Shown here: one piece after another, positions 23,785-34,479 of the stretch | How positions within the stretch are numbered: the stretch's first letter is position 1 | How the letters are laid out: every line of letters starts with the position of its first letter | Program-made: the position numbers and the translations under genes | Assembly: GCF_004010195.1 (NCBI RefSeq) | Contig: NC_057760.1 | Location: 2,378,295-2,437,398 of the forward strand | Length of the DNA stretch: 59,104 bases | Direction of reading: 5' to 3' | Source of the DNA: Chiloscyllium plagiosum | Taxonomy: Eukaryota | Notes under the pieces: generated by a model | Seen by the model: the letters and a program-made list of their open reading frames with translations, nothing else | Database searches by the model: none | Told to the model about the DNA's origin: nothing

Positions 23785-24600
23785 TGGACAGGCGGGGACT
23801 GTGTTTTTCCCTGGAGTGTAGGGGACTGAGGGGTGACCTTATAGAGGTCTATAAAGTCACAAGAGGCATGGCTAGCTGGCAGCTTTTCCCCCCTTCTAGG
23901 GGTGTTTAAAACGGGGGGGGGGTCATAGGTTTAAGATGAGAGGTCCACAGGGGCATGTTTTCCACACAGAGGGTGGGGAGTCTCTGTAACGGGTTGTCAG
24001 AGGTAGTGCTGCAAGTGAGTACAGTATTACCCATTTAAGGACCATTCAGACAGGGACGTGGATGGGATAGGTATGGAGGGATATGGACCAAACACAGGTA
24101 AATGGGTTAATGGTGAAAGGTGGACAGTATGGACAGGTTGGGCCGAAGGGCCTGTTTCCACGCTGTAGATCTCCACGACTGTGTGACAGAGGGAGAGAAC
24201 CAGTGTCCTCGGCTTTGTTAACAGGGACATAGAGTACAAGAGCAGGGAGGTGATGTTGAACGTGTCCAAGAGCCTGTCACTTCTCAGCTGGAGTATTGTG
24301 TCTAGTTGAGGGTGCCACATTATCAGAAAGCTGGGAACACATTGCAGAGTGTCGACTGAAGGACTGGTTTCCAAGGATGGGGATCCAGGGACGAGGATGG
24401 ATTAGAGACATTGGGGCTGTTCTCCTTGGAGAGAAGGAGGCTGAGAGAGAGAGAGAGAGAGAAATCTGATTGAGATGTTCAGGTACATGAGCTGGGGCTG
24501 GATAGACTGGAATGGGAGAGGCATTCTCATTCGTGAAAGGAATAACGAGGAGCGGGGCATGGATTTAATGGGATGTGCAAACGAAGCAAGAGTGATGTGA
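23785..24600 (+). mobile_element. Two degenerate CR1 3' fragments
   Basis: LECRGLRGDLIEVYK with a tail at ~24180; GIEYKSREVML-like and LFSLERRRL motifs. Confidence 0.8.
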
Positions 24601-24602
24601 GG

Positions 24603-25193
24603 TCACAATTTAAAGTAAACGTAAAGTCTAACAGAGAATAATTAACGAACAATTGTTTACAATTCCTTCCTCTAACCTATCTTTTACCTTCCCTTCTATA
24701 ATACTGGTCCGATAAAACCCCCAATTAAGATTTACCAAAAAAATTCAAATTTCAAAACCAACCAGCTGTCAAATCATCTCTTTGTATCTTCCTCTGTCTT
24801 CTTTTCTTCTTAAGGATTTCTGTTTCACAGATCGTTTCTCGATAAAGGTACTTTTAAGAGAGCTATTCTCTGGGCAATCTGCATATGTTGGTGGCTTGGC
24901 AGTTCTCCTCGAAGTGTTCAATGTTTTTTTTTGGTTTTATACCCCAAAGCATCGGATCGTTTCATTGGTCTTAATATTGTCAAAATACTAAATTCAAACT
25001 AGACTGGGGTTTAGTATCTTGGGGCATAATTTAAACTGATTGCCCAAATTTGAATTTGTTTTTGTCTCATAGCAACCCAGGTACTGCTAGTTGCTTGACC
25101 AAATGTTCGATTGTAAATTCTCCAGCACTCTGTGTGCTTGCTAAGAGCTTCAACTCTCTTAAAGGTGCAGTACACCTCTAAACCTTCATAACA
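24603..25193 (-). mobile_element. 3' LTR (distal ~110 bp lost)
   Basis: Aligns by eye with 30330-30840; ends ttcataaca, adjacent to the polypurine tract. Confidence 0.88.
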
Positions 25194-25948
25194 CTTCTCC
25201 CTTAAAAAAAAGAACCATCATAATGAAGAGATGGCCTTTTTTTCTATTCTTTAAACACATTACCATAACATACAGATAACTTTAATCAAAGTTCACCTTA
25301 ACTTCTTCCCACATATATAATTGGATAAATACAAATCTCATCTAAACTTTATGAGTTAAATCTGCAATAATCCATCTGCCCTTACATTCTTACGACCCGC
25401 TACATGTACGATTTTTAAATTAAAAGTCTGTAACATAAAATTCCAACAAAATGGTCTCATATTCTAGTCTTTAAAACATTCTAAGAATGTAAGAGGTGTA
25501 TGATCCATGTACATAATCATCTCCGACACATGTTCGGGATATACACATTAAAATGCTGTAAGGCCAGGACCAAACTCAATAGTTTTATTGATCGTGGAGT
25601 ATTTCCTCTGGGGGATATTGAGTTTCTTCAAAAAGTAACCAATTGTCAGTTCAATCCCATGTTCGTCTTCCTGCAGGAGTACAGCTCCAAAACTCCAATG
25701 TCACTAGCATCGATGGTGACTTTAAAAGGTTTTGAAAAGTTTGGTGTAGCTAAAACTGGTGGTTAATATTGCTTTCAAATGCCTCATGGCATTGTTCTGT
25801 TCACTGAAACTTTGTGTTCTTCTTCAGCAAATCAGTTAACGGTGCCACTCCACTGCTGTTCCAATAGAATCCACTGAGTCCTAAGAATCAATGCACCTCT
25901 GTCTTCGAGTTTGGTCGTGGAGATTCCTCGATGCCCTTTGTCTTTGCG

Positions 25949-26273
25949 TTTAGATTAGATTAGATTAGATTACTTACAATGTGGAAACAGGCCCTTCGGC
26001 CCAACAAGTCCACACCGACCCGCCGAAGCGCAACCCACCCATACCCCTACATTTACCCCTTACCTAACACTACGGACAATTTAGCATGGCCAATTCACCT
26101 GACCTGCACATCTTTGGGACTGTGGGAGGAAACCGGAGCACCCGGAGGAAACCCACGCAGACACGGGGAGAATGTGCAAACTCCACACAGTCAGTCACCT
26201 GAGGCGGGAATTGAACCCGGGTCCCTGGCGCTGTGAGGCAGCAGTGCTAACCAATGTGCCACCGTGCCGCCCA
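25949..26273 (-). mobile_element. Young HE1-type V-SINE inserted into the Gypsy RT/RNase H region
   Basis: Full head, V domain and (tagat)n tail. Confidence 0.96.
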
Positions 26274-28296
26274 CGTTCCGTGGGGTCAACCTTCCACGTT
26301 CCATGGGCTCAACCTTCCATGACCGATGTTATGTCCCAAGAAGGTCACCTCTGCTTTCATGAATTCCGTTTTAGTTTATCACCAGTTTTGCTTCTCGTAG
26401 TCATTCAAAGAGCCCTGCCAACTGTACCACGTGATCTTTCCAGGACTTACTAAAGATCACGACATCGACCAAGCGGACAGCACAGCCTGTTAACCCAGCC
26501 ACAACTCTGTTCATGGGCATCTGGAATGTGGCAGGTGCATTCTTCATTCCAAAGGGCATCACTTTAAATTGATAGAGCCCATTTGGGGTTACAAACACAG
26601 AAATGTCTTTCACCGTCTCTGATAAAGGTACCTGCCAATAACCATGCATTAAGCCCAACTTGATGATGTCACTGGCTTGTCCAACTTTCTCGATACAGTC
26701 CTCCAATCTCAGAATTGGATATGAGTCTGATTTTGTAATCATGATTTGGAGATGTCAGTGTTGGATTGGGGCTGGACTATAACCTGGCGCTGTGTGATTT
26801 TTAACTTTGATTTTGTAACGGCGTTGACCTTCCGGTAATCCACGCCGAATCACTGAGTCCCGTCTGGTTTGGGAACGAAGACAATCAGTGAACTCCACTC
26901 ACTCTGGTTTGGTTCGATGATGACCTTGTTGAATATGGCCTCCACCTCCATCTGGACCTGTCTGGCTTTGAAAGGATTAAGCCGATAGGAATGTTGTTTT
27001 ATCAGAGCAGTATTCCCTGCGTCCTCCCCATCTTCTACTGCAGTCACAAATCTTTCAACTGTGTTCCATATTCCTGAGACAGACAGCTTACTAACCTATC
27101 CCACTCCTCAAGGACGTCTTTATTTTTAAATCTATTTTGAGGCACCCAAAATCCACACCATCTGGATTGGATTCCTCACTCTGCGGGGCAGTGACTAACG
27201 CTTGTTCCTCCAGTTCCTCCGCTCTAGTGTAATACGGTTCCAACACGTTCACATGACAAACTCAATGCCATTTTTTTCTATTTGACATCTTTACTAAATA
27301 GTTCACCTGCCTCAACCTTTTGTCAATCTGATAGGGACCCCCAAACCTGGCTTTGAAGGGATCTCCTATCACTGGTAATAGTACTAACACGTCGTCCCCT
27401 CGGGAAAACGTCCGAGTCTCAGAGCTTTTGTCTGCCACCTGCTTCATTCTACACTGTGCCCTCTTTAGGTGCTGTTTAGTGAACTCACCTACTCGATTTA
27501 GTCTCCCTCAACCCCTGACACGAACCTAAGTGTGAGATCTCCAACTTTGGTCCTGTTAATTTTTCTTTAATTAATTTCAAAGGACCTCTCACTTCATGTC
27601 CGAATATTAACCCGAAGGGAGTGAACTGAGTGGATTTATTTGGGGCATCCCTAATGGCAAACGATATGAATGGGATACCTTTATCCCAATCATTCGGGTA
27701 ATCCTGACAATATGTTCTCAACATGGTCTTCAAGATCTGATGCCACCTTTCTGAAGCTCCCTGGGATTCAGGATGATGCGCACTGGATTTAAAGTGCTGT
27801 ATACCTAAGCTATCCATAACCTCCTTAAACAGCCTAGCAGTAAAATTTGACCTTTGTGCGACTGAATCTCTCTGGATAGCCCATACCGTGTGAAGAAAGC
27901 TACTAACTCCTCGACTACCCCTTTAGCCTTGATACTCTGTAATGGAATTGCCTCCGGAAATCTGATAGACACATCCATTCTGGTGAACAAGTACTGGTTC
28001 CCACTTTTAGTTCTCAGGAGGGGGCCTACACAATCAATTATAACCCCCGTGAAAGGTTCCTCAAATGTGGGAACTGGCAGCAAAGGGGCTGGTTTTATTA
28101 CCGCCCTGTGGCTAACCTACCATTTGGCATGTGTGACACGTACGGCAAAAGTTAGCCACATCCTTGTGCATTCCAGGCCAATAAAAATGTCTTTGTATCT
28201 TAGCCTGAGACTTTCATACCCCTAGGTGACCTCCTACAGGTAGTTTGTGTGCTACCCATAACCCTTCCTGTCTGTGTGCTACCGGCAACACAATCT

Positions 28297-28848
28297 NNNN
28301 NNNNNNNNNNNNNNNNNNNNNNNNNNNNNNNNNNNNNNNNNNNNNNNNNNNNNNNNNNNNNNNNNNNNNNNNNNNNNNNNNNNNNNNNNNNNNNNNNNNN
28401 NNNNNNNNNNNNNNNNNNNNNNNNNNNNNNNNNNNNNNNNNNNNNNNNNNNNNNNNNNNNNNNNNNNNNNNNNNNNNNNNNNNNNNNNNNNNNNNNNNNN
28501 NNNNNNNNNNNNNNNNNNNNNNNNNNNNNNNNNNNNNNNNNNNNNNNNNNNNNNNNNNNNNNNNNNNNNNNNNNNNNNNNNNNNNNNNNNNNNNNNNNNN
28601 NNNNNNNNNNNNNNNNNNNNNNNNNNNNNNNNNNNNNNNNNNNNNNNNNNNNNNNNNNNNNNNNNNNNNNNNNNNNNNNNNNNNNNNNNNNNNNNNNNNN
28701 NNNNNNNNNNNNNNNNNNNNNNNNNNNNNNNNNNNNNNNNNNNNNNNNNNNNNNNNNNNNNNNNNNNNNNNNNNNNNNNNNNNNNNNNNNNNNNNNNNNN
28801 NNNNNNNNNNNNNNNNNNNNNNNNNNNNNNNNNNNNNNNNNNNNNNNN
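28297..28848. other. Assembly gap (552 N) within the LTR element
   Basis: N run. Confidence 1.
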
Positions 28849-30220
28849 ATATATATATCTTTATTGTCTTTTCTTTCTTTGCAAGTCTCTTAGCCTTTCA
28901 GGACTAAACACTTCTGTCTGACCCTCTGCCTGTTCAGGTTTTCCCTGCACCATTACATCAAGCAGGGTATCCGCTAACTGAACCTCAACTCCTTCAGCTT
29001 TCTCCTTACGTTTCGCTTCATGATGTGACTTATGCTTGTGGGATCTGGTTACCACACAGTCTGGAAAAATACCAGGATATTTGCTTTAACTCCTCAGTTC
29101 CTTGGTCCTCCTTGGACTTCTCCACAACAAGGGGTGCCACTCCCACCTTGGATCCTACCAAATCATTCCCAAGAACAAACTGAATTCCTGGAACGGACAC
29201 TCTGTCAACCATTCCCACTGTAACTTCCCCAGTCTTGAGTTGGCATTCCATCCTGATCTTACATAAGGGAACGTTAAATTCTTTATAGAAATCAGGCACT
29301 AATTCCACACCGAGCCCCTGCCGATGCTATACACTCTCCTGCAGCGACTCAGTTCTTTCCTACTTTCACAAATGTCACTGGCTTAGCTTCTTTTGCTACA
29401 TCTTTTCCCATAGTGCCTTTCTTTAACGACCAGCACTGTGATTTTATGTGTCCCACTTTACCACAGTGGAAACACCTGAGGCATTTCACCTCCTTTCCAC
29501 CCTCTTGGGCTTCTTTTCCAACCTGCGGTAAACACTTACCGGTGCTCTCTACTCTTTGTTTCGTAGTGTAAGATCACCCATTCTCCCAACTTCTGTCCCT
29601 CACAGGACAAAATTCTGGCCAGAAGCTTGTCTTATGCACCAATATGTATTTATCTGCTAATTCTGTTGCCCTTCTCACTTCCTGAACTTTCTGTTCGTCC
29701 GCTTGAATTCTTACCATCTCTGGAAGCGAGTTTTTAAACTCCCTCCAGCAGAATAATCTCTCTCTTTCTCTCTCCCTTTGTTGATCTTCTAACTCCATTT
29801 TCCTCAATTGTACTTTAAGTTTTTCTACCTCTGCTGCACTTGTCTGTTCCTCTGACACACCTAGGTGTTTGAGTACCCCCCTTACAATTTTAGCTTTAGT
29901 TTTGTCTTGGTTAAACCCAAATCTAACTTCTTTGCTAATTCTAAAAGTATGGCCTTTTTCTTTCCTTCTCAACTTTCTTGGCAAATTTGTGAATCTTCTT
30001 CAAATCCCAGAACCTCTTTAGCGATTTTAAGAGCCAGCTCTGTCACTTTTAATTTAATCAATCACAAATCACCAAAATTAAACAAATTGCCTCACCTACG
30101 CTTTATTTAAAGATCTAGAACACTAACCTGCAAGTGTTTAAATCTGCTGGGATTTTCCATACCTCCAACTCAATTCAAATCTGTTGAAACCCGTTCAAAT
30201 CTCAGATGAAAGCCTCAAAA

Positions 30221-30840
30221 TGTTACGAAACGGGGTAAACCCCTCCCTGCTAATTTAACCCAGCAACGCAGAAATGATTTAACCAGTGCTGTAATCTGTT
30301 AAAATTCCAGAGGCCAAGAACTATTCGAAAGATCATGATTTAAAGTAAAAATTAATAACATTTTTTATAAAAGTCTAACAGAGAATAATTAATGAATAAC
30401 TATTTACAACTCCTTCCTCCAACCTATCTTTTACTTTCCCTTCTATAATACTGGTCCGATAAATCCCCTGATTAAGATTTACCAAATTTCAAAACCACCA
30501 GCTGTCGAATCTTCTCTTGTATCTTCCTCTGTCGTCTTTCCTTCTTCTTAGGTTTTCTGTTTCACAGTTCGTTGGTCGATAAAGGTACCTTTAAGAGAGC
30601 TATTCTCCAGGCAGTCTGCATATATTGGTAGCTTGGCAGTTCTCCTCCAACTGTTCAATTTTTTTTGGTTTTCTTGGGGAATAATTTAAACTGATTGGCC
30701 AAATTTGAATTTGTTTTTGTCTCACAGCAACCCAGGTACTGCTGGCTGCTGGGCCAAAAATTACATTGTAAATTCTCCGGCACTCTGTGTGCTCCCTAAG
30801 TCCGTCAACTCTCTTAAAGGTACAGTACACCTTCGTAACA
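30221..30840 (-). mobile_element. 5' LTR (620 bp)
   Basis: Perfect 9-bp terminal inverted repeat TGTTACGAA...TTCGTAACA; homologous to 24603-25193; possible degenerate tRNA-Pro PBS at ~30200-30218. Confidence 0.92.
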
Positions 30841-31219
30841 ATTGGAACACTTAACAGGATAAGAGATACTGTACCTATTACTAATTAACTGTTCCAATAT
30901 AGTCACATCTTCTAAACAACCCCCCCCCCCCGGCCAAAAGAAAGGAGAATTCAGACAGAAATTCTCCAATCCAGGATAGTAAAAAACATCAAGAGTAAAT
31001 TCAGAGAGTGTAGCAGCCAGGTGATATCCCAAATCTGTTGAGACTCCAATAGCTTCTGATGTTACTGAAAAACCAAAACCCAGAAATCCTAACCTGTGAG
31101 AGCTGGCCACACCAAAATAAAACCAAGGCCCCCCAAAATGTTTGGATTCCTCGGAGCTCCTGCCTTCCAACCCGACTTCAAAACAAAACAGGACGAGAAA
31201 CCTTTAAATCCACAGTGTC

Positions 31220-31750
31220 ATCACAGTATTGTGTGCAGTTTCGGTCCCCCCTAATCTGAGGAAGGAGTGTCTTGCTGTTGAGGGAGTCCGGCTAAAGTTC
31301 GCCAGCCTGATTCCCGGGATGGCAGGCCTGACGTATGAGGAAAGGCTGGCCTGATTGGGACGTACTCACTGGGATTTAGAAGAATGAGGGGGAATCTCAT
31401 CGAAACATAAAATCCTGATGGGACTGGACAGGTTAGATGAATGATCCCGATGGTGGGCAAGTCCAGAACTGGGGGAGGGGGGGTGGTCACAGACTAAGAA
31501 AAAGGGTTAAGTCCTTCAGGACTGAGATGAGGAAGAACATCTTCACTCAGAGTTGTAGAATTCTCTCCCACAGGAAGCCTTTGGGGCCAGTTCATTAGAT
31601 ATATTCAAGAGAGAGCTGGATGTGGTCCTTGTGGTTAAAGGGATTAAGGGGTATGGAGAGAAAGTGGGAGTGGGATACTGAGAGTGCATGGTCAGTCATG
31701 ATTGTATCGAATGGTGGTGCAGGCTGGATGGGCTGAATGGCCATCTGTTT
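31220..31750 (+). mobile_element. CR1 LINE 3' end
   Basis: YCVQF, LGFRRMRGNLIET, plus CR1 tail ggctggatgggctgaatggcc. Confidence 0.85.
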
Positions 31751-32242
31751 CAATTTAAGTAGCCTTCCATCACTCATCTGAATACCTCACTAACCCAGTG
31801 CCCTCCCAGAGCAGGGGCAGTGCATTCTTGACCTGAACTACACACTGTTTCTCACAGCTCACATTTGATAAGTTCAGAAAACTCTTTCAACTTCACGGCA
31901 CCGCCCCCACCATCAGGTCCTCAATGCTCTCAAAACAAAAGTCTGTTTCTATAATCCATTCCTGAAAACTCCCTTGCAACTTCAAAAACTTCCTTCATGT
32001 CAGGCTTTAGCCTCCAACTCTCCAGAGAAAGCTGTACCTGGAAGGTGAGCAGCACAAGGAGTGAGGATAAACCAGACATGCACTCACTTGTTTGGGAGAT
32101 AGGGCAGTGATTATGAACACTCCCGGGGAAACGTGACATTTACAGTCTGTCCCGAGTAGTCCCCGTACAACAGTCATTGTGAGCAGCACTACCCTTATAG
32201 CAGATTGTCAAGGGAATCAGCAACGACGTTAAACACATATCT

Positions 32243-32436
32243 CAGTGAGGGTCAGTTTGTGTGTGGGACCCTGTACCCCAGTGAGGGTCAGTGTGTGTGT
32301 GGGACTGTATCCCAGTGCGAGTCAGTGTGTGTGTGTGGGACTGTACCCCAGTGAGAGTCAGTGTGTGCGTGGGACTGTACCCCAGTGAAAGTCAGTGTGT
32401 GCGTGGGACTGTACCCCAGTGAGGGTCAGTGTGTGT
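32243..32436 (+). repeat. ~34-38 bp minisatellite (cagtgagggtcagtgtgtgtgtgggactgtaccc) running into a gap
   Basis: About 5 copies. Confidence 0.9.
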
Positions 32437-32936
32437 NNNNNNNNNNNNNNNNNNNNNNNNNNNNNNNNNNNNNNNNNNNNNNNNNNNNNNNNNNNNNNNN
32501 NNNNNNNNNNNNNNNNNNNNNNNNNNNNNNNNNNNNNNNNNNNNNNNNNNNNNNNNNNNNNNNNNNNNNNNNNNNNNNNNNNNNNNNNNNNNNNNNNNNN
32601 NNNNNNNNNNNNNNNNNNNNNNNNNNNNNNNNNNNNNNNNNNNNNNNNNNNNNNNNNNNNNNNNNNNNNNNNNNNNNNNNNNNNNNNNNNNNNNNNNNNN
32701 NNNNNNNNNNNNNNNNNNNNNNNNNNNNNNNNNNNNNNNNNNNNNNNNNNNNNNNNNNNNNNNNNNNNNNNNNNNNNNNNNNNNNNNNNNNNNNNNNNNN
32801 NNNNNNNNNNNNNNNNNNNNNNNNNNNNNNNNNNNNNNNNNNNNNNNNNNNNNNNNNNNNNNNNNNNNNNNNNNNNNNNNNNNNNNNNNNNNNNNNNNNN
32901 NNNNNNNNNNNNNNNNNNNNNNNNNNNNNNNNNNNN
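32437..32936. other. Assembly gap (500 N)
   Basis: N run. Confidence 1.
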
Positions 32937-33190
32937 ACTGGAGGGCTCGAGTTCTAAGGAGGGGGAGGTCGACGGGGGGGTTATGAAATCACGGAGGGGC
33001 ATAAATAAAGGTGAACAGCAAAGGACTTTTTCCCCTGGGTGGGGGGGGGAGGGGAGTCCAAAGCTAGAGGGTGTAATGTTAAGGTGAGAGAAGATAGATT
33101 TAAAGAGACGCCAGAGGGACAGCTTTTCCCGCACAGAGGGTGGATCTGATGCGGAATGAGCTGCCAGAGGAAGCGATAGATTCAGGTATC
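32937..33190 (+). mobile_element. Degenerate CR1 3' fragment
   Basis: FKETPEGQLF and RNELPEEA-like remnants of the CR1 C-terminus. Confidence 0.7.
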
Positions 33191-33301
33191 CGTCATGGCA
33201 TTTGTTCAGGAGATTAGGAACGGTTTCTACGGGTTGAAAGGGAGTAGTTCACTTTGGGGGAACTGGGCGGAAGGCTCGGTTTCCGTGACCGCGTGACGTA
33301 C

Positions 33302-33455
33302 CGTCCCGCTGCTCGACGAGGAGTCCTCGTCGTTGCCGACAGGTTGGGAGGCGTTTTTCCGGTTCCTGGGGCTGGAGGCTGCTGTCTTGCGCCGGCTCCG
33401 AGATGGTTTGGAGGAATCTTCGTAATCGTCAGCCAGCGCAAAGAGGTCACTGAAC
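33302..33455 (-). CDS. INTS3: INTS3 penultimate coding exon (FSDLFALADDYEDSSKPSRSRRK...DEDSSSSSGT)
   Basis: attccggcag|G TTC AGT GAC...GGG ACG|gtacgt; 154 bp; matches the INTS3 disordered C-terminal tail. Confidence 0.93.
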
Positions 33456-34444
33456 CTGCCGGAATGGGGAGAGGTTTACTGCGCCGTCAAGGGGCCCCAG
33501 TCTGCGTCCGAACGCTCCGGCTGACAATCCCGCCTCCCGCTTGGTACCCGTCCCCCAGAGCCTATCCAACCAGTGACAAGGCACCAGTCAGCAGGGGGAG
33601 GGAATACCCGTCCACTTGCCCTGGATGGGGGCAACTACAGCAACACTCAAGTAGCTCAACACCGTCCAGGGACAAAGTAGCCCCTGCTTGATTGGCACCT
33701 ACATCCCCCCTCCCCCCTGGCGCTCAGTAGCAGCAGTGGGTACTATCTATAACATACACTGCTCATCAGACAGCACCTCCCAAGTGTGTGACCACTACCA
33801 TCACAGCAGCCCCTTCCAGTGCCCCTCTGAGCCACGCAGCACCCGGAGCCGGAAATATATCGCCGTTCCTTCACTTGTCGCTGGGTCAGGGCTCTGGAAT
33901 TCCCTCCCTCAGGGCACTGTGGGTCGACCTGCTGTGGATTCATTAAGGCAGGTCAAGGGCTGGGCCCAGCCCCCTCGCTCTGCCAGTCAACAAAGAGAAA
34001 CCCCCACCACGCCCAGGAATGGGCTAGCACACCCGAGGGGCTGAGTAGCCTGGCCGGGGAGCAGGGAAGCTGCTGTGCTGCATGCCGTTCCTCCCCGGCA
34101 GATACCGAAGCTCCCAGTTACCCGGCAACGTCTCAAACTGCGCCCCCCCCCCGCCATCTCAGGGGGTGGGGCCACAGTGCACACCCCTCCCACACAAACC
34201 CCAGGGACTCACTTCATCTTGTGCGCCTCATCACAGCTCGCCTGCACGTGCTGAAGGGCCTGCAGGATTGGCGTCTGGGTAAAAACTGCAGGTGGGAACA
34301 AATGGACGGGAGGGAAGGGAGGGAGAAAGAGAGAGAGAGAGAGAGAGAAACAGTACGGTTAAAAGGGCTGTGATGGTCCCATCACTGCCCCCCATCTCCC
34401 ACCACCATTCCCCCCACCTCCTGTGCACACAGTGACACACGCGC

Positions 34445-34479
<35 letters not shown>

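Larger units (their letters stand above)
24603..30840 (-). mobile_element. Decayed Ty3/Gypsy LTR retrotransposon, Gmr1-like (gag-PR-IN-RT-RH)
   Basis: Two related LTRs; gag with CCHC knuckle CFHCGKVGHIKSQC (~29430-29476); protease-like region 29030-29308; integrase IDCVGPL...HPESQGASER (27485-28290); RT VDYRKVN and FKVMPFGMKNAPATFQ (26401-27047); RNase H KPFKVTIDASDIGV (~25690-25735); PPT aagggagaag next to the 3' LTR. Confidence 0.93.

Noticed and set aside
31930..32040. Minus-strand acceptor plus short frame (VQLSLESWRLKPDMKEVF...) as the INTS3 last exon
   Set aside because: The peptide matches a decayed CR1 C-terminus (LFSLE.RRL..D..EVF), not the INTS3 tail.
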